IMG/VR virus record: IMGVR_UViG_3300044759_000067
Coordinates: 1-37,639 of that record
Strand: one strand, 5' to 3'
Length of the DNA stretch: 37,639 nucleotides
Source: a virus
Lineage: Duplodnaviria > Caudoviricetes
Shown here piece after piece: positions 8,698 through 17,473 of the stretch (the stretch's first letter is position 1; each line of letters opens with the position of its first letter). The position numbers and the translations under genes were made by a program. The notes beneath the pieces were generated by a model, which made no database searches, was not told the origin of the DNA, and saw nothing but the letters and a program-made list of their open reading frames with translations.

Positions 8698-9263
8698 CAG
8701 CTCGCCACCTTCGCACCTTTGGCCCGATTGCAGCGCCCGTGCGCGAGTTGCACGTTCGCGTACGCATGCACGCCGCCCTCAGCGATCGGCACGATGTGGT
8801 CGACTTCCCACCGGCTCGTCACATCGACCTCACGCTGGCAAATGCCACAGATGCCCTTGGCGCGATCGAAGACGACGCGGGGATCGACGGCTTCAACGAA
8901 CACCGCCCGGAGCATCGCCTGTCGTTTGTTCTCGCGCTCCGTGCATCTGGCACGATTCACTTTCTTCCATTCGCGATTCCGGAGCCGTTGCTTTTCGACT
9001 TCCTCCGGCCGCTGTTTATGGTGCCGTTGTCGCTGGCGGAACTCAGGGTCTTGCCACCGGCGCCGCTCATACTCGCGCCTCGCCTCTCGTTTCTCGCCAG
9101 TCAGCCGTCGAAAGTGTTCGAGTGCTTTCTCTCGTCCGCATGTTACGCACATGAATGACGAGACCCACCGCTGGTCAATGTGCCCGCCGCGTTTGCACGG
9201 CTTGCCGGTGAAGTAATGCGTGAGCCCGGCAGCCTTCGCGGCTTTCCTGCTGATGACGACCAT
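8697..9263 (-). CDS. Free-standing HNH endonuclease
   Basis: 188 aa; N-terminal YFTGKPCKRGGH...CVTC and C-terminal CGIC...VDHIVP..GG.H...NVQLAHGRCN; AGGAGG RBS. Confidence 0.9.
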   Translation of the reverse strand: MVVISRKAAKAAGLTHYFTGKPCKRGGHIDQRWVSSFMCVTCGREKALEHFRRLTGEKREARREYERRRWQDPEFRQRQRHHKQRPEEVEKQRLRNREWKKVNRARCTERENKRQAMLRAVFVEAVDPRVVFDRAKGICGICQREVDVTSRWEVDHIVPIAEGGVHAYANVQLAHGRCNRAKGAKVAS

Positions 9264-9359
9264 TGCTTCCTCCTACAGAAGCTCCTAGTCGAATTGTGCG
9301 CGCCAACCTGCTAGGAAACAGGGATTCGGGAATGACCCTAGGCGCGCACGTTGAAGCGC

Positions 9360-11285
9360 TTACGCTCCGGTGTAGGCACATGCCGTGATATAGCGGACAG
9401 CAGCAGTCCTCGCACGAATCCACGTGATCATGCGTTCGGCTCTCAAACCGACAAGATTTCGCTGCCACAGCGAGACGTAGACGGTCGTCGCGTCCACGGT
9501 GTCGGTCGGGGCGCTGTCCATCTGGACCGTCGCTTCCCGGCTGACATCGATCCGCACGCCGCCTTCGTCGGCGACCAGAATCGACGGCGCATGCACGAGA
9601 ATCACGCGCGTCGACACGTTGTTGCTGACGACGACCGGCATCCCGAAGAGCGTCCCACCTTGCGCCGTCATGCCCGGGAAGAGCGGCTGCCCCAGCGCGT
9701 TCAGCGACACGGCCAGCCCGAAGGCATTCGAATCACTCATCAGCCAGACCGAGCCCTCGAGCGGAATGCCGGCCGCCGTGAACACCGCGATCGACGCGGC
9801 CAGGTCAGCCTTCGCCGCCGCGGCCGTGGTGCCACTGGCCGCCGCCGTCGACGCGCCGTTGGTGATCGACGCCGGCGACACGTTGGCCGCGACCGCGACC
9901 GCCGGGTCGTTGAACTGCACGTCGAGGAACTGGCCCATGCCCGCGATCATTTCCTCGCGCACCAGCGCTTCGGCCGAGGGCGAGGAGAGTTTCACGAGCT
10001 CTTCGGAGAGCACGATGATGCCGGCCGCCTTCGCAAACGGCACACTCACCGTGGCGAAGTCGGCTTTCGTCACGGGTTTCGGTTTGTTCTGCCCGACCCA
10101 GCCGTAGGTGCCGCCGGTCGTCTGCGCGGGCACCGACACGTTGAAGGGCACCTGGCGCAGGCCAGGAATCCGCCCGAGCAGCGTGCGCGGCCGCAGCATC
10201 TCGAGGAACTCGTTCAGCGGCTGGGTCACGACGAGCGGGCCGGCCCACGTCGAATCGGTCGTGGTGCCCGCGGCCACGGCGGCCTTCGTGCGCCACATGT
10301 GCTCGACCATCTGCTCGACTTCCGGCGTCGAGTCCTTCCACTGCTTGGCGTACTGCAGCGTCTGGTAGGAGTCGCCGTGGCCGGCGGCCAACGCCATGCA
10401 CATCCGGGCGAACGCGGTGCCCTTCGGCACGGTCGGCGTCACGCGAATCACCGGCACGCCCGCGCGCTGCTCGGCGGCCAGGACCGGATCGGTGGTCATC
10501 GTGATCGGCGTCGCCTTGACGAGCGTGAGCTTCTCCTGCTCGTGGAGGCGCACCAGGTGCGCATCGAGGCTCTTCACCTCGGTCGCGGTCGTGTCGTAGT
10601 CGTCCGTCTCTGACGCATCGAGCGTCCGCCCCTCGTCGGCCGCTTTCGTCATGATGGCGGTCAGCCGGGCGGCCTGTGCCGCGCGCGTGTTCTGAAACTG
10701 CGTGATCTGTTCCTGAATGGTCATCGCACGTCCTGTCCGTGCTGCACCCGTGGCGCCGGGCCTGGTGAGGGATGCGACCCTGGCCTCGGTGCCTGGCGCG
10801 GCGGAGGACGCGGTGTCGCAGGACTTGATGGCGGCGATCGTGGCGCCGGCGTTGGCCGGCACGACCACGAGCGACAACTCGAGCACTTCGGTCTTCGTGA
10901 ACCGCAGGCCGCCGGTGTCTTTGTTCCGGGCCGGCGGTTCGAGCGCGCGGAAGCCGATGGACACGCCGGTAATCAGCGGCGGCTCGGCGCTCAGCGAATC
11001 CCACGCTTCGTCGATGCGGGCCTTCACGACGCCGGCGCGGTCCACCGTGGACAGCACGGCTTCGAACGGGACGCCGGCGGGGGTCGGCGTGCCGAAGGAC
11101 GCGCGGCCGATCGGTTGGCGCGTGTCGTGAAAAAGCAGCAGCGGGAGCGGGTTCTTGAACGTGACGCCGAGCGGCTCGATGACGTCGCCGACGCGGTCGG
11201 TCTCGGGCGTGGTCGCCAGGCCGACCAGGCGGCGCTGGGGCGCATCGACGGATTTGATGTGGAGAAACGCGTAGGCGCGCTGCAC
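9360..11285 (-). CDS. Prohead protease - major capsid protein fusion (HK97 fold)
   Basis: 641 aa; N-terminal protease motifs (DRVGDVI, LLFHD, VSIGF, ELSLVVVPAN); capsid domain with WVGQ.KPKP, LSEEL, LFGMPVVVS, GLRAER. Confidence 0.92.
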   Translation of the reverse strand: MQRAYAFLHIKSVDAPQRRLVGLATTPETDRVGDVIEPLGVTFKNPLPLLLFHDTRQPIGRASFGTPTPAGVPFEAVLSTVDRAGVVKARIDEAWDSLSAEPPLITGVSIGFRALEPPARNKDTGGLRFTKTEVLELSLVVVPANAGATIAAIKSCDTASSAAPGTEARVASLTRPGATGAARTGRAMTIQEQITQFQNTRAAQAARLTAIMTKAADEGRTLDASETDDYDTTATEVKSLDAHLVRLHEQEKLTLVKATPITMTTDPVLAAEQRAGVPVIRVTPTVPKGTAFARMCMALAAGHGDSYQTLQYAKQWKDSTPEVEQMVEHMWRTKAAVAAGTTTDSTWAGPLVVTQPLNEFLEMLRPRTLLGRIPGLRQVPFNVSVPAQTTGGTYGWVGQNKPKPVTKADFATVSVPFAKAAGIIVLSEELVKLSSPSAEALVREEMIAGMGQFLDVQFNDPAVAVAANVSPASITNGASTAAASGTTAAAAKADLAASIAVFTAAGIPLEGSVWLMSDSNAFGLAVSLNALGQPLFPGMTAQGGTLFGMPVVVSNNVSTRVILVHAPSILVADEGGVRIDVSREATVQMDSAPTDTVDATTVYVSLWQRNLVGLRAERMITWIRARTAAVRYITACAYTGA

Positions 11286-11341
11286 AGCCTCTGAGGGTAG
11301 AGCCGGTGCCGCTCAGCCGGGGTTGATTAGGAGGGAAACCC
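11286..11341 (-). promoter_or_regulatory. Putative late promoter for a leaderless/short-leader capsid transcript
   Basis: Minus strand: TACCCT (-10-like) 8 nt before the GTG start, with TTTCCCTCCTAATCAA upstream, right after the RHH gene. Confidence 0.35.
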
Positions 11342-11536
11342 CTACCGCGGCAATTGCAGCCGCAGGAGCGATCGCACGAGCGACGAGACGGATTGATCCC
11401 GCCGTTTCGCCAACTGCACCAAGCGATCGTAATCCCGCTCCGGCAACCACGTACTGACCCGGGTATGCGGGTCCGGCGCGCGAGGCCGGCCGCCACGACC
11501 GCGATCCGGCGCCACGGGTCCCAGCGGTTTCGTCAT
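11342..11536 (-). CDS. Ribbon-helix-helix (CopG/Arc-like) DNA-binding protein
   Basis: 64 aa from ATG 11536 (ATGA overlap with TerL stop); RVSTWLPERDYDRLVQLAKRRDQSVSSLVRSLL. Confidence 0.75.
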   Translation of the reverse strand: MTKPLGPVAPDRGRGGRPRAPDPHTRVSTWLPERDYDRLVQLAKRRDQSVSSLVRSLLRLQLPR

Positions 11537-13215
11537 CGCGGGCCTCCCAGCACGACCATGGTGTACGTCGGCGCCAGCGTCGCCACCACGCGCGACTCGA
11601 CGTCGAGCATCATCACCAGCGACACCATCCCGTCGACCTTCTTCGACGAGGCGCCGCGCGGCTTGACGATCTTCTCGTTCCCCGCCGCATCGGTCGCCGT
11701 CTCGGTGTTGTCCGCACAGAACCGCAGGATCGGGTGCCCGCCGTGATGCAGCGTGCGGTTCAACAGCCGCCGGTGAAACACTTTCATCGCGGGCCCTTGC
11801 GACAGAAACCCCTGGCCCATCGGCGTCACCGGCAGCCCGGCATCGACCAGGTGGTTCTGCACCGACTGCCCCTGGAAGAGGCGGTCGAGGTTCACGCCGC
11901 GCAAGTCGAAGCGTGTCGCATCGGCGATCAGCGCGTCCTCGATCGCGTCGTAGTCGATCGCGTTGCCCGGCGTGGTCGTGAGCCAGCCCTGGCGCGCCCA
12001 CTGCTGATAGAGCTCGCGGTTCGGGTTGCGCTCGTTCGACAACTGCCACTCCGGGACCCAGAACCGCGCGGCCACGTCGAGCGCCGCGGGATCCTCCGCG
12101 CACGCGGCGCCGTAGACGACGCACGACAGGTCGCTGACCGACGAGAGGTCGAGGCCGCCGTACACCACGCGCCCCGCGAAGGCCTCCGGCGTCCACGGGG
12201 TGGCGTGCCCGCGCTGCTCGTCCCACACCGCGAGGTCGATCGCCCGCGTCACCTGGCGCACCCACTGGTTCAGCCGGTACCGGCGGAACGCGTTCTGCTT
12301 CGCCGGCGACTGCTGCGCCTCGCGGCACTCCTGCGCGAACGTGTCCGGGTCGATCGTCACGCCGAAGGACGGGTTGGCTTTCTGCCAGATCGCCGGGTCC
12401 GTCCAGTCGTCGTCGACCGCCGCCTCGAAGATCAGCGCGAAGAACGCCCAGTCCTGAATCTGGTCGGTGAGGACCTTGCGCGCGTAGTCGTACTGCTCCC
12501 AGCCGATCGCCGTCTCGTCGTAGACGCCGGCCGTCGACACGGACAAATCCATCGGCTGCCGACGCGAGGATCCCGCGTACGCGAGCACGTCCCACATCTG
12601 CCGGTTCTTCCAGGCGTGGAGCTCGTCCTTGATGACGCCGTGGGCGTTGATGCCCTCGCGGTTCTCGACATCCGCCGACAACGCGACGAGCTTGGCGGCC
12701 ATGCCGGGGTACGCGATCGTCTTGCGCGAATCGACGACCTGCAGCCGCTTGCGCAGATCGGGCGACTGCCGCACCATGCTCGCCACTTCGGCGTAAATGA
12801 TCCCGGCCTGGCCGCGGTCCACCGCCGCCGTGTAGACCTCGGCGCCGGGTTCGTCATCGGCGACGAGCAGATACAGTTCGAGGCCGGCGGCCATCGTCGA
12901 CTTGCCCTGTTTCTTCGGCACCCAGATCCCCCCGCGGCGGAACCGACGCGTCCCATCGACCCGTTTCCACCCAAAGAGCCGGCGCAGCGCGTGCGCCTGC
13001 CAGTCCAGCAACGCAAACGGCTGCCCGGCCCACTGCCCCTTCGAGTGCCGCAGGAACCGGACGAAGAACTCGACGATGCGATCGGCGGCGGCGGAATCGA
13101 ACCAACAGCCATCGATCACCGCGCGCACGTCCTGCGCGTTTTCGATCAGCGACGGATCGTACCCGCGGGATCGCGCACGCCGCCGGGCCGTCGCCCAGTC
13201 ACACGCGCGGACCAT
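11533..13215 (-). CDS. terL: Terminase large subunit
   Basis: 560 aa; VPKKQGKST (Walker A), IKDELH (Walker B), GGLDLSSVSD and KVDGMVS nuclease motifs. Confidence 0.95.
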   Translation of the reverse strand: MVRACDWATARRRARSRGYDPSLIENAQDVRAVIDGCWFDSAAADRIVEFFVRFLRHSKGQWAGQPFALLDWQAHALRRLFGWKRVDGTRRFRRGGIWVPKKQGKSTMAAGLELYLLVADDEPGAEVYTAAVDRGQAGIIYAEVASMVRQSPDLRKRLQVVDSRKTIAYPGMAAKLVALSADVENREGINAHGVIKDELHAWKNRQMWDVLAYAGSSRRQPMDLSVSTAGVYDETAIGWEQYDYARKVLTDQIQDWAFFALIFEAAVDDDWTDPAIWQKANPSFGVTIDPDTFAQECREAQQSPAKQNAFRRYRLNQWVRQVTRAIDLAVWDEQRGHATPWTPEAFAGRVVYGGLDLSSVSDLSCVVYGAACAEDPAALDVAARFWVPEWQLSNERNPNRELYQQWARQGWLTTTPGNAIDYDAIEDALIADATRFDLRGVNLDRLFQGQSVQNHLVDAGLPVTPMGQGFLSQGPAMKVFHRRLLNRTLHHGGHPILRFCADNTETATDAAGNEKIVKPRGASSKKVDGMVSLVMMLDVESRVVATLAPTYTMVVLGGPR

Positions 13216-13756
13216 CGGCCGCCGTCCGCTCCCGGCTCAGGAACGCCGTGAACGCATCGGCCCGCGGCGGGGCCGTCGAGGGCTTGTCGCTGGCCTTGGG
13301 CGGCGGCGCCGTCGGGTCGAGCGGCAGACTCAGGCTCGCCCGATCCGCCGGCGACAGGCCGAACAGCGCCGCGAACCGCCGCATCTGGTCCGCCGCATCC
13401 CGCGCCATCTTCACGAGCGCGTGCGCCTGCTGGAACCCGTTCGGGGTTTCGATGAGTTCCCCGTCGCGCGTGCGCATCAGCCCCTCGAGCCGCTTCTCGA
13501 ACCGCATCCAGCGCGCCGCGGCCTGGCAGTACGCCGCAAACTGCAAGACGTCGAGGTCGGTGAGCAGTCCCAGCCGGGTGAGCTCGGGTGCGCGGCGCTT
13601 CCATTCCGTCTTGGCCATCGGTGACAGCCAGGACGGGCACGCGACGAGCGTCGTCGTGTGCGGCCGCGGCTCGACATGGCGCGTCCGCCGCTGCCCCGGG
13701 TTGCCCCGGAGCTCATTCAACGCGGTTGGGGTCCGTTTCGGTCCTCGTCGTCCCAT
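13199..13756 (-). CDS. terS: Terminase small subunit (P27 family)
   Basis: MGRRGPKRTPT..LRGNPG, PSWLS..AKTEW, YCQA, FGLSPADR. Confidence 0.92.
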   Translation of the reverse strand: MGRRGPKRTPTALNELRGNPGQRRTRHVEPRPHTTTLVACPSWLSPMAKTEWKRRAPELTRLGLLTDLDVLQFAAYCQAAARWMRFEKRLEGLMRTRDGELIETPNGFQQAHALVKMARDAADQMRRFAALFGLSPADRASLSLPLDPTAPPPKASDKPSTAPPRADAFTAFLSRERTAADGPRV

Positions 13757-14315
13757 GAACAATCCCCCTCACTTGCCCGAAACCTGCAGACACGCGCGAG
13801 CGGCCGCCCCGCGGTCCCTCGACCTCGGTGCCGTGAACTTTCATCCGCCCCCCCCGGTCGCCGGCGCCGGGGAAATTATTTTCTTGACTCGCGGAATATT
13901 TTTTATCACCGCCGCGCTGCTGCCGACGCGTGACCGCGCTGTGACACGAGGCACAGAGGAACCGGACGCGGTTCGGATCGCAGACGAGGTGGTGGTGCGC
14001 CCGCTCGGCCACGGTGAGCGGCGGGTCGTGGTGCAGCTGCAGGTCCTCGGTGGTCCAGACGCCGGCGGCCCGGCACTGGCTGTCGGTGGTCGAGGGCCCG
14101 GTGGGCAGCGCCGCACCGCACACCGGCGGAATGCCCTGCGCCAGGAGCAGGGTGGTGAACTGCGCGCGGAAGCGCACCCAGCGGGACGTGTAGCCGCGCT
14201 GGTGGCGCGAGCCGCGCGCCTGCTCGCGGTGCGCCTGGTGCGCCGCACAGTGGCCGAAGGGCACACGCTGGGCACAGCCAGGGGTGGCGCAGTAGGCGAG
14301 CGGGGTCGTCGGCAC
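13713..14315 (-). CDS. Terminase-associated HNH endonuclease (HK97 gp74-like)
   Basis: Start re-assigned to GTG 14315; CATPGC..HC..H, RGYTSRW, LHHDPPL, FLCASCHS; upstream of terS. Confidence 0.78.
   Translation of the reverse strand: MPTTPLAYCATPGCAQRVPFGHCAAHQAHREQARGSRHQRGYTSRWVRFRAQFTTLLLAQGIPPVCGAALPTGPSTTDSQCRAAGVWTTEDLQLHHDPPLTVAERAHHHLVCDPNRVRFLCASCHSAVTRRQQRGGDKKYSASQENNFPGAGDRGGRMKVHGTEVEGPRGGRSRVSAGFGQVRGIVHGTTRTETDPNRVE
13770..13910 (-). other. Probable cos/packaging-initiation region
   Basis: Lies between the HNH core and terS; AT-rich tracts followed by a G8 run (GACCGGGGGGGGCGGATGAAAG) and GACCGCGGGGCGGCC. Position is typical for HNH-TerS cos phages; cut site not determinable. 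Confidence 0.5.
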
Positions 14316-14319
14316 CTGG

Positions 14320-14805
14320 TCACCACTCCTGGAACAGCAGCCCTTGCGGCAGCGTGGCGCCCTGCAGCGCGGGCTGGTCGTACAGCTGCTCTTCGATCTC
14401 GACGTGCACACCAGGGGGGGCACCGAGGGGCGCGTAGACCTTGCGCGCAAGAATCTGCACGACCTGACTGTCGTCTCGGTACACCACACCGGACAGCGAG
14501 TCCCCGACACTTCGGACCAACTTATCGAGGTCCGGCTTCGTCACGTGCGTGGTCACGCGCTTCGGGAGCGACGCCGGGCGCGCGAGCTGGAAGACGACCC
14601 GTAGCGTGACCGCGCCGGACAGTTGACCACCACGCACGTGTTGCTGGGCGGTGTAGGCGACCAGGTCGCGCCATTCCTTGAGCCGTGGGTTATCCGACGT
14701 CACCCGAGGGAACCGCGCCCCTGGTGGCATGAAGGCGCGGGAACTCCCTTGTGGCCGCGGTAGGCCGATGACGTCGAAGGCGATGAGGCGCCCGTGCTCG
14801 GTCAG
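14320..14805 (-). CDS. rusA: RusA-family Holliday junction resolvase
   Basis: KPDLDKLVRSVGDSL...DDSQVV motif; the N-terminal FDVIGLPRPQGS lies upstream of ATG 14730, implying a CTG start at 14805. Confidence 0.85.
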   Translation of the reverse strand: MTEHGRLIAFDVIGLPRPQGSSRAFMPPGARFPRVTSDNPRLKEWRDLVAYTAQQHVRGGQLSGAVTLRVVFQLARPASLPKRVTTHVTKPDLDKLVRSVGDSLSGVVYRDDSQVVQILARKVYAPLGAPPGVHVEIEEQLYDQPALQGATLPQGLLFQEW

Positions 14806-15632
14806 TGGACCGGCTCCTCGAGCGCCGCGGCGTCGGTTTCGGGGTCGTCGCCCTGCGAAATTTCGCTTATAGCATTAGCGGTATTTTCGCGCTCGTCGGC
14901 CACATCGACGCCAGGGCAATCCTGGCCGACACGCAGACCCGGATCCCAGAACTCGGCTGGATGCGCCTGGAGCATCATCCCGCACAGGGTGCAGTGCTGG
15001 CGTTGCTCTCCTGGTGCGGGGTCGTTGGCGACGTGCATCGACGCCAGGAGCGCCGGCACTGCGACGCCGTTCAGCACGCTGCCGTCGAGGATCGCGGCCT
15101 CGCACTTCTTGACGAATTCCGCGACCTGATGCCGCGCCGTGTGGTCGAGCGCGTCGAGCTGCTCGCGCGTAACGAGATAGCGCGCGCGCGTCAGGCGTTC
15201 GATGAGGGCGGGCGTGTTGGCCTCGCGATCGGCCTGGAGCATGGCGTCGCGGTCGCGCTGCGCGGCCGCCTGGTCGAACGGCAGCGACGGTTGACTCGTG
15301 CCGTTGGCGAGCTCGATCGCGAGCTTGTGCAGGACCACGTTGGCCTTGTCGAACGCGGCGCGCGCTTCGGTCAGGCGCTTCTTCGCGCGGGCGAGATCGA
15401 GCTCGGTCGCTTCGATGGCGGCGTTGGCGGCGCGCAGCTTGTCGCGGTCGTCATCGCTCAGGCCCCGGATGACGACGGGCTCGGCGCGCTGTTCCTCCTC
15501 GAGCACCTTCGCGGCGCGCGCGACCGGGTTCTCAGGTTCCGAGGTTCCTGGTTCCGAGGCCTCGGACGGTGCGGCGGCCTCTTTCGGGTGCCGCACGCGG
15601 TGCGATCGCGGCTTCGACTTCCCACGCGTCAT
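14802..15632 (-). CDS. Hypothetical protein (coiled coil, CxxC)
   Basis: 276 aa; ATGA overlap with replication gene; AAGGA RBS. Confidence 0.65.
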   Translation of the reverse strand: MTRGKSKPRSHRVRHPKEAAAPSEASEPGTSEPENPVARAAKVLEEEQRAEPVVIRGLSDDDRDKLRAANAAIEATELDLARAKKRLTEARAAFDKANVVLHKLAIELANGTSQPSLPFDQAAAQRDRDAMLQADREANTPALIERLTRARYLVTREQLDALDHTARHQVAEFVKKCEAAILDGSVLNGVAVPALLASMHVANDPAPGEQRQHCTLCGMMLQAHPAEFWDPGLRVGQDCPGVDVADERENTANAISEISQGDDPETDAAALEEPVH

Positions 15633-16609
15633 GTCTCGGTCCTTTCGGCTTCAAAGACCACCTTCGCGCCAGGCTGCACCGCCGTCACCGCGGCGGCGAG
15701 CGCGTCAGCATAGTGGCGCTGAATCCAATCCACTTTCGCTTGGTTCTCAATAGCGACGACCAGGCGGCGACTCGATGCTTTCCGCAGGCGGGTACCGGCG
15801 AACCACGTCGACAGTTCGTAGCGCGTGAGGCGCGCCGCTAAGACGGCCAGGACGTCGCTCCAGACGTCCGACGGCGGCGGGCCCGGGTCGACGGACGTCC
15901 GAGCCACCGGACCGACGCGTCGGATGAGGCCGGCGATCTGCGTCGCGAGATAGCCTTTCGGCGATCGCACCGGTTCATCGCCGAGCTCGCGGTCCCAGGT
16001 CCTGTAGTGCGCCGGGAGGTCCACGGACGTCGCAAGATGGCCGAGCTGCTGACGGTGCTCCTCGGCGAGAAACTGCGGCACGCAAAACCGCGCGCCGCAG
16101 AACACGTGCTGCCGGTGGCCGTTCTTCGCCTCCCGTCCACCGCGCGCGCGCGCCGAAGGCGCGGGTACGGAGGGGATGGGTACGGAGGGGATGGGATGGG
16201 ACGCGCGCGCGTCGCCCGCGCGCGAGGCTTCGGATTCCGTTCGGATTCCATCTGGAAGGGGGGAGAGGCTTCCGGTTGGAATCCGCGCGGAAGGCCCGCT
16301 CCCCTTCCGCGCGGAATCCTGGGCGCGGCGCGTGAGGATCTCGGTCCGACTGCTGTTGTGGTCCAGATAGTCATGCACCTGGTAGCCGCCGGCCACCGCG
16401 TGCACGAGGTTCGCCTCGATGAGGCGTTTGATCTCGCGCTTCCACTCGGGGACACCGAGCAGGTGGCACACCTCCGTCGGGATGAACCCGTCGGTCAATT
16501 GCCGCTGGCAATGCGCGAGGCAGCACACCCACAGCCAGGACGCGGCCGGCCCGACGCGTAGGAACTTCACATGATGCGTAATCTGGTCATCGAGCTTGAG
16601 CCAGGCCAT
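15629..16609 (-). CDS. Replication initiator with C-terminal DnaA N-terminal-like domain
   Basis: MAWLKLDD...TDGFIP...YQVHDYLDHN N-terminus; C-terminal WSDVLAVL...LSTWF...KVDWIQRHY resembles DnaA domain I. Confidence 0.75.
   Translation of the reverse strand: MAWLKLDDQITHHVKFLRVGPAASWLWVCCLAHCQRQLTDGFIPTEVCHLLGVPEWKREIKRLIEANLVHAVAGGYQVHDYLDHNSSRTEILTRRAQDSARKGSGPSARIPTGSLSPLPDGIRTESEASRAGDARASHPIPSVPIPSVPAPSARARGGREAKNGHRQHVFCGARFCVPQFLAEEHRQQLGHLATSVDLPAHYRTWDRELGDEPVRSPKGYLATQIAGLIRRVGPVARTSVDPGPPPSDVWSDVLAVLAARLTRYELSTWFAGTRLRKASSRRLVVAIENQAKVDWIQRHYADALAAAVTAVQPGAKVVFEAERTET
16140..16320. repeat. Iteron-like repeats, putative replication origin inside the initiator gene
   Basis: TTCGGATTCC twice (16229-16238, 16240-16249), GGAATCC at 16278 and 16313, palindrome TTCCGCGCGGAA (16305-16316), and a duplicated GGGTACGGAGGGGAT. 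Confidence 0.55.
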
Positions 16610-16617
16610 TGGGTCCC

Positions 16618-17289
16618 CTACGTCCGCCGCACGCTCTCGTCCATCTCCGCGTAGATTTCGATCCCCGGGATCGCCCCGGTGCTCTTCATGGCCCGCACGT
16701 AGGCGCCGATCTTCGTGTCGTCGAGGCGCAGGTACTCGCGCGGCACGAGGGTCTCGTCGACGACGCGCCACTTCCAGACCTGGCGCGCGAAGATGCCCGC
16801 CACCTTCGGGGTCTCGTCGGGGAGGACGACGGCGGGCGCCGGCGCGACAATGGCGCGCTGGAGGACAGCCTCGGCGAGCTGGGACTTCCCTTGGGCCTCG
16901 AGGGCCGCGGCCTGGCGCGTGGCCTGTTCCTGCTGGCGGCGGCGCAGGTCCTCGGCGAGGCGCTGCTCCTCGAGGCGGCGGCGGCGATTGTCCTCGGCCT
17001 TCCAAAGCACGCGTTCGCGCTTGACGCGGGTGATCTCGCGCTGTAGGGGCGTGAGGACCTCGCGCTCGCGGTCGCAGAGGACCTTCCAGGCGTGGTGTGC
17101 CGCTTTCTTGAGCGGCTCGAACCAGAGGGTGATCTTGCGTTCGGCCTGGGCGAGCGTCAGGAGCTCGCGGCCGGCGAGCTCGTAGGAGGGCGCATCGGTG
17201 ACGGCGAGGCCCTGGGCCGTGACGAGGGCCAGCTGTGTCTCGGACTCGATCGGGCGCGTGTCGATCGTAGGGGCGGCAGCTGGTGACAT
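16618..17289 (-). CDS. Coiled-coil protein, possibly Gam/Gp157-like recombination accessory
   Basis: 223 aa; long helical region then WKWRVVDETLVPREYL...IPGIEIY. Confidence 0.55.
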   Translation of the reverse strand: MSPAAAPTIDTRPIESETQLALVTAQGLAVTDAPSYELAGRELLTLAQAERKITLWFEPLKKAAHHAWKVLCDREREVLTPLQREITRVKRERVLWKAEDNRRRRLEEQRLAEDLRRRQQEQATRQAAALEAQGKSQLAEAVLQRAIVAPAPAVVLPDETPKVAGIFARQVWKWRVVDETLVPREYLRLDDTKIGAYVRAMKSTGAIPGIEIYAEMDESVRRT

Positions 17290-17290
17290 C

Positions 17291-17473
17291 TCAGTCCTCC
17301 CACGGCTTGAGCAGCGCGGCCTTCCGCCCGTATTCGTCGCGCCATCCCGTGAGCCGCAACCAGAGCCACGGAATCAGCCCGTAATAGAACGGGAGCGGGA
17401 TCGCCTCTTCCCATTCCCCGGTGACTGGGTTCTGCTGCGTCACCTTCGGCGGCGCGTTTACGTCGTCGTTCAC
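17291..17473 (-). CDS. Hypothetical small protein
   Basis: 60 aa; GTGA overlap with upstream nuclease stop; GGAGG RBS. Confidence 0.55.
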   Translation of the reverse strand: MNDDVNAPPKVTQQNPVTGEWEEAIPLPFYYGLIPWLWLRLTGWRDEYGRKAALLKPWED

